A stretch of 18,378 nt of DNA, from IMG/VR virus record IMGVR_UViG_3300029190_000051; one strand, written 5' to 3'. The position numbers and the translations under genes are program-made. Below the pieces are notes generated by a model, which was not told the DNA's origin, ran no database searches, and worked only from the letters and a program-made list of their open reading frames with translations. Below, in pieces: positions 5,620 through 13,171 of the stretch. Within the stretch, counting starts at the first letter, position 1. Every line of letters starts with the position of its first letter. The DNA comes from a virus (lineage: Duplodnaviria; Heunggongvirae; Uroviricota; Caudoviricetes).

Positions 5620-7995
5620 TTGGCCAACGATATTATTACCCAGCTTCAGGCGCGTAATGAGACGTTGACGCAGGCAATAGCCCGTTACGGCTCACTCAAC
5701 GCCAGAACATTGTTAACTCTCTCTACTCAGCAGGCGACAGTTATCAAACTAACGCAGCAGCTTGCCGATTCCGCTCTCCGCCTGGAGGAAAATAGCCGCA
5801 GCCGCGCTAATCTGATGGAGAAAACCCAAACATTTGCCGGGCAATTTAGCAAAGTATTCAATGTTGAAGCCCCCGACTGGAAGTTGCCGTATGAGTTTCA
5901 GGACAACATGGTCAATATGGCGACCAAAGGTGGGATGAATGCTACAACCCGCGAGACGCTCAGCCTTAATCTGCGCGACTGGAGCATGGATTTTAACCAG
6001 CAGCAGACCACCTTACAGAACGCAGCCCAAACGCTGATCGAAGGCAATTTGTCGTCGATGCAGGATCTCAACCGTTATATGCCGGAGATCGCCAAAGCTG
6101 CCACCGCCACGCGCGAAAGTGCTGAAACGTGGGCGAATGCCGCGCTCGCGACTCATGATCGACTGAATATTGCCCCGGAAAATTTCCACGCCGCGCAAAA
6201 CATGATGTACGGCATTAGCAAAAGCGGTGGGCCTGCCATTGCTGAACAAACGCAGTGGATAGAGAAATTTGCAGGTAAAACCGGCGCTCAGGGTCTGGAA
6301 GGTATGGCTGAACTGACTGCCGCCATGCAGATCGCAATGAAAAATGGGGCCAGCGCCAGTGCGGCGGCGGAGAATTTTGACCACTTTCTGCAAACCACCT
6401 TTTCGAAAAAAACCGATAGCTGGTTCGCCAGCCAGGGCGTCGATCTGCAAGGCTCTCTGCTTGAACATCAGCAAAACGGTATGGGTGTTAGCGAAGCCAT
6501 GACTCATATCGTACAAATGCAGCTTGAGAAGATGAACCCGGCGATCCTCGACACCTTCAAACGTACTATGCAGATTGAAGATTTATCTGCTCGCAGCAAT
6601 GCGCTGCAATCGATGGTGTCGCAATTTAATCTGGGCGAAATGTTCGGCGATGTGCAAACGGTGGAATTCCTGGCACCTATGCTGGCGAATATGGAGGAAT
6701 ATCGCCAGTTAAAAGCCTCTGCCATGCAAGCCACCAGCAAGAATCTGATTAACGCTGACTTTTCTGCGCAAATGGCCTCGCCCATTGAACAGACTAAAGC
6801 GTTACAGCTGGCATTAAATGATTTATGGCTCAGCATTGGTTTGCAGCTTATGCCGGCGATTGGCGAGCTGGCACAAAGCCTTACGACGGTTATTCGCCAG
6901 TTCAGCGCCTGGCTACGCGAACATCCGGCGCTGGTGCAAAACATTGCGAAAATCGTCGGGGCGGTTTGGCTGTTTAACGGCGCGCTGAATGTTTTAAAGC
7001 TGGGCGCGAACCTCATCACCTCGCCGTTTATTCGTCTGGTCGATATCTTCCTGAAAGTCAAGGCAAGTCTGGCGCTCACAGGCGGGGCAAGTAAGATGCT
7101 ATCAGCGGTTAAGTCATTGGGTGGCGGCGCAAAATGGCTAATGCAACTGCTTGGTCGTGGCCTGATTGGCGCACTGAAACAGGTAGGTCAGACCGTCTTC
7201 TGGTTGGGTAGGGTTTTATTGATGAATCCCATTGGTCTGGTCATCACTGCGATTGCGGGCGCTGCTTATCTGATTTGTCGCAACTGGGAGCCTATCTCCA
7301 GGTTCTTTTCGACCATCTGGCAACGTATCACCACGGCCTTTGACGGCGGCATTGCAGGAATTTGTCGGTTGATTCTCGACTGGTCACCGCTGGAGTTGTT
7401 CTATAGCGCCTTTTCCAGTGTGATGAATTGGTTTGGTGTCGAGATGCCTGCAAGTTTTAGCGAGTTCGGCAGCAATCTTCTGGGCAGTCTGGTTGACGGC
7501 ATAATGAATGCCTTCCCCGCTCTGAAAGGCATTATTGATCAGGTAAAAAACGCCATCCCAGACTGGCTAAAAACCACGATGGGTATTAGTACAGAAGGAT
7601 CGGCTACAGCTATTACAAGCACGACTAATACCGCATCCGTCTCCCCCGCGACCGTTGTTCCAGGCGTTGCCGGTGCGATTTTAACACCGCCGGTGGGCAA
7701 ACAACTCGCGCCATCCGGCAAAACGGCTACGCCGTCATCGGCGCCAGCGGCAAAAAATACAGCCGCCAAACCCGTATCTGCCTCTTTACCTGGTAAATCC
7801 GTAACCAAACCGGCGACGCTACCCTCCCGTTCCTCAGGAAAAGTCCAGGTAAATTTTTCGCCACAAATTACCGTGCAGGGTAACGGACAAAACACCACTA
7901 AAGAGATTCAGAACGTGTTGACGATGAGTAAACGCGAACTGGAAAGAATGATTAACGATGTAATGGCGCAGCAGCAGCGCCGGGGGTATGCCTGA
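5620..7995 (+). CDS. Tail tape measure protein
   Basis: 791 aa, the largest ORF, downstream of the chaperone. It has hydrophobic segments in the C-terminal third and a Ser/Thr/Pro/Ala-rich low-complexity tail. It starts at a TTG (5620) after AAAGAGAAA; the first in-frame ATG is about 65 codons in. Confidence 0.85.
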   Translation: MANDIITQLQARNETLTQAIARYGSLNARTLLTLSTQQATVIKLTQQLADSALRLEENSRSRANLMEKTQTFAGQFSKVFNVEAPDWKLPYEFQDNMVNMATKGGMNATTRETLSLNLRDWSMDFNQQQTTLQNAAQTLIEGNLSSMQDLNRYMPEIAKAATATRESAETWANAALATHDRLNIAPENFHAAQNMMYGISKSGGPAIAEQTQWIEKFAGKTGAQGLEGMAELTAAMQIAMKNGASASAAAENFDHFLQTTFSKKTDSWFASQGVDLQGSLLEHQQNGMGVSEAMTHIVQMQLEKMNPAILDTFKRTMQIEDLSARSNALQSMVSQFNLGEMFGDVQTVEFLAPMLANMEEYRQLKASAMQATSKNLINADFSAQMASPIEQTKALQLALNDLWLSIGLQLMPAIGELAQSLTTVIRQFSAWLREHPALVQNIAKIVGAVWLFNGALNVLKLGANLITSPFIRLVDIFLKVKASLALTGGASKMLSAVKSLGGGAKWLMQLLGRGLIGALKQVGQTVFWLGRVLLMNPIGLVITAIAGAAYLICRNWEPISRFFSTIWQRITTAFDGGIAGICRLILDWSPLELFYSAFSSVMNWFGVEMPASFSEFGSNLLGSLVDGIMNAFPALKGIIDQVKNAIPDWLKTTMGISTEGSATAITSTTNTASVSPATVVPGVAGAILTPPVGKQLAPSGKTATPSSAPAAKNTAAKPVSASLPGKSVTKPATLPSRSSGKVQVNFSPQITVQGNGQNTTKEIQNVLTMSKRELERMINDVMAQQQRRGYA

Positions 7996-8948
7996 TGTAT
8001 GCCGTTTTAGGAGAGATTGAATTTAAGGTTGTCACATTCTGGGACGGCTTTAAAAGCACAATGGGCGTGGATTACGCCACACATGCCCGTATAGAAGGCA
8101 AACCCGGCGTGCAGTTTATTGGCGATAAGCTGGATATGCTGGCGCTGGAATTTTCCCTGCACAGCCAGTTTTGCCAGCCCACAACAGAGCTGAACCGACT
8201 GCGTGAAGCCATGCTTGCTCACAAGGCGATGGCACTGGTATTTGGCAATGGCGATTATCGCGGCTGGTTTGTGATTACGGAGCTAACCGCCACCCACCAG
8301 CACACCGATCCCTGGGGCAATGTGATTGCCCAAAACGGAACGATGTCGCTCCAGGAGTACACCGGCGATCCTAAAAATCCACTTTTACCTCCGGCGATTA
8401 CCACCCAGGAGCCCAACATCGAGGAAAAGGCGAGCGATTTTCCCGACAAGGTGGAGTCCTGGTTTGATCAGATATTAAACGCCATCGAAGAAGGTATGCG
8501 TAAGGCCAAAGAGATGCTGGATGAACTGACACAAGCCATTGAAGATATTAAAAAAACGGTGGCAAAAGTGAAAGCAATGATTAAAGAGGCCAAAGCGTTA
8601 AAAGAAAAGTGTGAAAAGATAATTACGTCATTGAAAAAGACAATCGACGCCATCGAAACCCTGTTTAAACAGCCAATGGATCTGCAAACGCTGGCAGGAC
8701 TCCCAAAAGCGTTGTCGGCGCAGATTAAAACTTTACTGGGTAACATGCCAGGTATCCGGGACTGCGCCAATGACGCCAGTACACTGGTTGACCATGCTCA
8801 GGCGCTTTTCGACGACATTACCAGCGACATCGCCGAAGCGACGTTTGATAAAGCCGCAACGTTGGTTGATCAGGCACGAACAACGGTACAACAAACCACT
8901 CCCACAGTGAGCCAGCTTGCTGCCGCGACCATTACGAGGATCTGGTGA
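7995..8948 (+). CDS. Tail protein, P2 gpU-like / Mu gp43 N-terminal-like, with a C-terminal coiled-coil extension
   Basis: 317 aa. The N-terminal roughly 125 aa (MYAVLGEIEFKVVTF...GDKLDMLALEFSLH...) resemble gpU-type proteins in pattern and position. The C-terminal roughly 190 aa are Ala/Lys/Glu/Leu-rich and predicted helical. The start overlaps the tape-measure stop (ATGA-type coupling). Confidence 0.55.
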   Translation: MYAVLGEIEFKVVTFWDGFKSTMGVDYATHARIEGKPGVQFIGDKLDMLALEFSLHSQFCQPTTELNRLREAMLAHKAMALVFGNGDYRGWFVITELTATHQHTDPWGNVIAQNGTMSLQEYTGDPKNPLLPPAITTQEPNIEEKASDFPDKVESWFDQILNAIEEGMRKAKEMLDELTQAIEDIKKTVAKVKAMIKEAKALKEKCEKIITSLKKTIDAIETLFKQPMDLQTLAGLPKALSAQIKTLLGNMPGIRDCANDASTLVDHAQALFDDITSDIAEATFDKAATLVDQARTTVQQTTPTVSQLAAATITRIW

Positions 8949-9157
8949 TGCGATACCTTGAACATATCACCACCGACGGCGAACGCTGGGATAATCTGGC
9001 ATGGCATTACTACGGTGATGCGCTGGCTTATGAACGCATAATCGCCGCCAATCCACATGTAGCCATTTACCCGGTACTGCCTTCCGGTATTCAGCTCATT
9101 ATTCCGGTCATTTCCGTCAATAAAACCTTATCGGAGATCCCACCATGGCTGAGATAA
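8945..9157 (+). CDS. Tail protein X (P2 gpX-like, LysM-like fold)
   Basis: 70 aa with the pattern G..WD.LAWHYYGDA...ERIIAANPHV....LPSGIQLIIP, which fits the recalled gpX signature (YYG...ANP...LP.G..L). Confidence 0.7.
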   Translation: MMRYLEHITTDGERWDNLAWHYYGDALAYERIIAANPHVAIYPVLPSGIQLIIPVISVNKTLSEIPPWLR

Positions 9158-10185
9158 GCGTAACTGGTGGCGTCTTTGCCACACTCACGCCCATTTTTAC
9201 CCTCTGGTATGGGCATAAAGATATCACTTATGACATCACACCCTATGTCACCAGCATCAGTTACCACGACAGCATCAAAAACGAGTCGGATACCATCGCA
9301 ATTACACTGGATGACACAGATGGACGCTGGATAAAAGAGTGGTATCCCGGCAAAGGCGATACGCTGGCGCTGCATATGGGTTATCAGGGAGAGAAGCTGC
9401 TCGATTGTGGTCAGTATATTATTGATAAAATTGATATTTCAGCGCCACCTTCTACGGTAAATATTGATGGCATCGCCACTTCCGTCAATCAGGCGCTGCG
9501 CACCCGTAACAGCCAGGGTTTTGAAGAAACGACGCTTTCGGCTATCGCCAGCCGTATCGCACAAACTCACGGCCTAAAGCTGGTGGGCAAAATCGAGCCT
9601 CTGACAATTGACCGGGTGACACAGTACGGCGAAACCGATGTTGGATTTCTCAAACGTCTGGCCAGTGAATATGGTTATGCCGTAAAAGTGACGACGAAAG
9701 AGCTGATTTTTTCACATTTACCCACGCTGCGCTGCCTGGCACCTGTGAAAAAGATCGACCGCAAAGACGTTTCGCATTTCACCTTCAAAGATACCATTAA
9801 CCGTATCTACAAAAACGCCACCGTACAGCATCAAAATAGTAAGAAAAAAGAACTGGTTATCTACACTCACAACAGCCAGCAAAAACCGTCTGCCCGTGGA
9901 GTCGGCACCAGTGCCGACACGCTAAAACTGAACAGTCGGGCGACGGACGTTGGCGCAGCACAGGCAAAAGCCAACGCTGCACTCGACAGCCACAACGAAT
10001 ATCAGCAAACCGGAACGCTCACAATGATGGGCTGCCCGGAACTGACGGCGGGCAATAAAATCGAGCTAACCGATTTTGGCGTGCTTTCCGGTCAATGGCT
10101 AATTGATAAATCGACTCACAGTTTTGTGCGCAGCGGCTATACCACTGAAATCGACGTGTCGCGCGGGCCAGCGACCAGCCAGTAA
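9145..10185 (+). CDS. Baseplate hub protein (P2 gpD-like / Mu gp44-like)
   Basis: 346 aa, in the conserved U-X-D position after the tape measure. Size and order support the call. Confidence 0.7.
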   Translation: MAEISVTGGVFATLTPIFTLWYGHKDITYDITPYVTSISYHDSIKNESDTIAITLDDTDGRWIKEWYPGKGDTLALHMGYQGEKLLDCGQYIIDKIDISAPPSTVNIDGIATSVNQALRTRNSQGFEETTLSAIASRIAQTHGLKLVGKIEPLTIDRVTQYGETDVGFLKRLASEYGYAVKVTTKELIFSHLPTLRCLAPVKKIDRKDVSHFTFKDTINRIYKNATVQHQNSKKKELVIYTHNSQQKPSARGVGTSADTLKLNSRATDVGAAQAKANAALDSHNEYQQTGTLTMMGCPELTAGNKIELTDFGVLSGQWLIDKSTHSFVRSGYTTEIDVSRGPATSQ

Positions 10186-10194
10186 GGAGGAAAT

Positions 10195-10896
10195 ATGAAA
10201 GGAGTAACCCGTCAAACGGGGATTATCAGCGATATTGACGAAACCAGCGTTCGGGTGCGGGTCACGCTCCCGGAGTGTGACAATCTGAAGAGCAACTGGC
10301 TTGCGGTACTTCAACGCAATTCCCAGGACAATAAAGACTACTGGCTACCGGATATGGGCGAGCAAGTGGAAGTTCTGCTGGACAATAACGGTGAAGATGG
10401 CGTGGTGCTGGGCGCAGTTTATTCTACGGTTGACACCGCGCCTGTAGCCTCGCGCGACAAACGTTACGTCCAGTTTTCTGATGGCGCAGCGTTTGAATAT
10501 GACCGCAGCACGCACCAGCTGACGATCAACGGCGGTATCGAGAAAATCGTGATTGAGGTTATCAACGGTACCTGCCTGACATCGCCCAACGTTGAGATTA
10601 AAGCCCAACAGGTCACCGTGACTTCCGATACCGTCGATGTTAAAGCGACCGATGTCAGCATCGACGCCACTAAGGTCGAGGTTAAAGCAGCAGCAGTGAC
10701 GGTAGATGCGCCCATGAGCACCTTTACTGGCAACGTCACGGTAATGAAAAAACTCACCTGGCTTGGCGGGATGGCAGGAAGTGGAGGCATCGGTAACGCA
10801 GCCACGATAACCGGCAATGTCAACGTGATCGGCAACGTTCAGGCCAGCGGCGCATTGCAGGACAGCGGTGGCAACTCCAACCACCATTCACACTGA
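10195..10896 (+). CDS. Baseplate central spike (P2 gpV-like / gp5-VgrG-like) with a His-rich C-terminal tip
   Basis: 233 aa. The N-terminal region is OB-fold-like, followed by repetitive beta-strand-like V/T/D-rich segments (VTVTSDTVDVKATDVSIDATKVEVKAAAVTVDA). The C-terminus is ...GGNSNHHSH, consistent with an apex metal-binding His motif. Confidence 0.75.
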   Translation: MKGVTRQTGIISDIDETSVRVRVTLPECDNLKSNWLAVLQRNSQDNKDYWLPDMGEQVEVLLDNNGEDGVVLGAVYSTVDTAPVASRDKRYVQFSDGAAFEYDRSTHQLTINGGIEKIVIEVINGTCLTSPNVEIKAQQVTVTSDTVDVKATDVSIDATKVEVKAAAVTVDAPMSTFTGNVTVMKKLTWLGGMAGSGGIGNAATITGNVNVIGNVQASGALQDSGGNSNHHSH

Positions 10897-10902
10897 CGTT
10901 TA

Positions 10903-10931
10903 ACCCGCCTGATGGCGGGTTTTCTCTTTTT
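10903..10931 (+). terminator. Rho-independent terminator-like hairpin between the spike and wedge genes
   Basis: ACCCGCC tgat GGCGGGT followed by TTTCTCTTTTT. Confidence 0.5.
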
Positions 10932-10994
10932 AATCAATCAGTTTTCTAAATCGCTTTAATATCTCCACAGCCCGTTCAGGGCGAAAATACCCTC

Positions 10995-11354
10995 ATGAAC
11001 ACAAAAACACGCCCCTCAACGCTGCACTGGCAACCGGCCTTGCTGCGGCCTGAAGAATACGTCTGCGGACTGGATGATATTCACCAGGCAATACACATCA
11101 TTCTGCGTACACCGCGCGGCAGTGATCCCCACAGACCGCTGTTTGGCAGCAACTTGTGGCACTACATCGATTACCCCATCGAGCGGGCTATCCCGCATGT
11201 GGTACGGGAGTCGGTGGAAGCCATCCGCCAGTGGGAACCGCGCTGTCGGTTGCTGAAGGTGACACCAGTAATCGACGGCGAACATCTGACGTTACGTGTG
11301 CAATGGCGCGCCGCTGACGGCGTTATCAACTCAACGGAGGTGTTATGGCGATAG
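10995..11354 (+). CDS. Baseplate wedge protein (P2 gpW-like / T4 gp25-like)
   Basis: 119 aa with IHIILRTPRGSDPHRPLFGSNLWHYID...IRQWEPRCRL, which fits the recalled gpW/gp25 pattern (ILRTP.GSR...YGS.L...WEPR). Confidence 0.8.
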   Translation: MNTKTRPSTLHWQPALLRPEEYVCGLDDIHQAIHIILRTPRGSDPHRPLFGSNLWHYIDYPIERAIPHVVRESVEAIRQWEPRCRLLKVTPVIDGEHLTLRVQWRAADGVINSTEVLWR

Positions 11355-12460
11355 CCGAACCCAATTTTATTGACCGCGATCCTGCGCAAATTACCAGTGA
11401 GATGATTGCGCAATACGAAGATGCCAGTGGTAAAAAACTCTATCCGGCACAGGCTGAGCGGTTGCTCATCGACCTGTTTGCCTATCGTGAAAACCTTGTA
11501 CGCATCGCCATTCAGGAAGCGGCGAAACAAAACCTGGTCGCGTATTCCCGCGCGCCAATGCTGGATTATTTAGGAGAGCTGGTGGGCGTTCACCGTTTGC
11601 CTGCGCAGCCAGCAAAAACGACGTTGCAGTTTTCGGTCGTCAGTGCGTATACCAGCAATATCCTGATTCCCCAGGGGACGCGGGCCAGTGCCTCTGATAG
11701 CGTGATGTTCGCCACCGATGAAGATGTTCTGCTTCCGGCCTGGAGTTTGCATATCGCCGTTCCTGCCACCAGCCTCGCAGCAGGTGAACAGGGTAACGGC
11801 TGGCAGCCTGCACAAATTAGCGCTCTGGTCGACAGGATTGGTCATTATGACATCAACGTAACCAACCTGACTGCGTCAACGGGCGGCTGCGGTGAAGAGA
11901 GCGATGACGCATTGCGCCAGCGTATCCAACTGGCACCAGAAAGCTTTAGTAATGCGGGCAGCTATGGCGCATACCGCTTTCATACGCTTTCTGTTAGCCA
12001 GTCGATTATTGACGTTGCAGTACTGGGGCCGGACGAGGGATTGCCAGAAGGCTGCGTGGAGATCTACCCGCTAACCCTGAATGGACTGCCAGGAATAGAA
12101 CTGCTCGCGCAAATCGAACAGGAGGTTAGCAAGGAGAAAAAACGTCCGCTGACCGACAAAGTGAGTGCGAAATGCGCTCTTCGAGTGCCGTATGAGATCC
12201 GTGCGCAGCTAACGCTGTTTACCACCGCCGATCAGGAGACAACGCTGGCTGCGGCGCGTAAAGCGATTAGCCTCTGGACGCAACAGCGGCAGAAACATCT
12301 GGGGCAAGACATTGTGCCAAACCAGATAATCAAAGTGTTACAGGTCGATGGCGTCTATGACGTTGCGCTGAACTTGCCTACAAAACGTATTTTGCAGGCG
12401 CATGAATGGGCGGAATGCACTGCAATAGACGTCACGATCGCCGGAGTTAGCGATGGATAA
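11345..12460 (+). CDS. Baseplate wedge protein (P2 gpJ-like)
   Basis: 371 aa, overlapping the W-like gene by 10 bp and the I-like gene by 8 bp. Position and size fit the W-J-I baseplate triplet. Confidence 0.75.
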   Translation: MAIAEPNFIDRDPAQITSEMIAQYEDASGKKLYPAQAERLLIDLFAYRENLVRIAIQEAAKQNLVAYSRAPMLDYLGELVGVHRLPAQPAKTTLQFSVVSAYTSNILIPQGTRASASDSVMFATDEDVLLPAWSLHIAVPATSLAAGEQGNGWQPAQISALVDRIGHYDINVTNLTASTGGCGEESDDALRQRIQLAPESFSNAGSYGAYRFHTLSVSQSIIDVAVLGPDEGLPEGCVEIYPLTLNGLPGIELLAQIEQEVSKEKKRPLTDKVSAKCALRVPYEIRAQLTLFTTADQETTLAAARKAISLWTQQRQKHLGQDIVPNQIIKVLQVDGVYDVALNLPTKRILQAHEWAECTAIDVTIAGVSDG

Positions 12461-13169
12461 ATTGCTACCACCGCCGCCGCTTGCCAGCGATGAGCGTTTT
12501 TCGATTCTGGCAAATATCGCCGCCGAGCGTTTTGCCCAACTCGATCTGACGGCGTTGATGGTTTATCTGGTCGACCTGGTTGATGCTTCGGCATTACCAG
12601 CCCTTGCAGAACAATTTCACGTTCAGGGGTTGGAAGGTTGGTTATTTACCACCGATGAGCGGGAGAAACGCGAGTTAATTAAACAAGCCATTGAACTGCA
12701 TAAATATAAAGGAACAATTTGGGCGGTGCGGCGGGTGCTGGAAATACTCTCCTTACCCGGAACTATTTCAGAATGGTTTGAATATGGGGGAAGGGCTTAC
12801 TTTTTTAAGGTTGATATTACACTAGAGGAAAAAGGATTAAATGAAGATGAATTCAATGCACTTATCACATTAATTCATGAATATAAAAATGTCCGTTCAA
12901 AGCTGGAAAGCATTGTTATTTGGCTTATTAATCGAAGCCCAATACCAGTTATTGGCAGTGCCATGCAAGGAGGGGAAGTCATTACAGTATTGCCTCCTGT
13001 TGCAGAAAGCCTCAGCCAGTCATCTGGAATATTTTTAGCGACAGGTTATTGTGTGGAGGAATATATTCAACTACTACCTTATCAACCCGATCGACTAACA
13101 CAATCCCAACCGATGAAGGTCGGCACAGGATACTGGAGCACCGAAATTATGTCTGTATATCCGGAGTAA
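12453..13169 (+). CDS. Baseplate protein (P2 gpI-like) with a C-terminal extension
   Basis: 238 aa. [13 protein letters not shown]...[17 protein letters not shown]...EW.EY...FKVDITLEE...GEVITVLP parallels the recalled P2 gpI sequence. About 55 residues follow the gpI-like end and finish with a similar ...IMSVYPE. Confidence 0.7.
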   Translation: MDKLLPPPPLASDERFSILANIAAERFAQLDLTALMVYLVDLVDASALPALAEQFHVQGLEGWLFTTDEREKRELIKQAIELHKYKGTIWAVRRVLEILSLPGTISEWFEYGGRAYFFKVDITLEEKGLNEDEFNALITLIHEYKNVRSKLESIVIWLINRSPIPVIGSAMQGGEVITVLPPVAESLSQSSGIFLATGYCVEEYIQLLPYQPDRLTQSQPMKVGTGYWSTEIMSVYPE

Positions 13170-13171
13170 TA

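Noticed and set aside
6013-7079. Minus-strand ORFs of 167 and 191 aa inside the tape measure gene (and similar antisense ORFs at 1352-1747, 3492-3860, 7539-7898, 10345-10887, 11171-11530, 13655-14061)
   Set aside because: They lie antisense to ORFs with strong positional and motif support, have no ribosome-binding sites, and in several cases merely mirror repeats or low-complexity regions of the sense gene.
13049-13171. Upstream extension of the tail fibre ORF (track start at 13049)
   Set aside because: It overlaps the 3' end of the gpI-like gene. The ATG at 13172 has a GGAG ribosome-binding site and begins the conserved fibre N-terminus.
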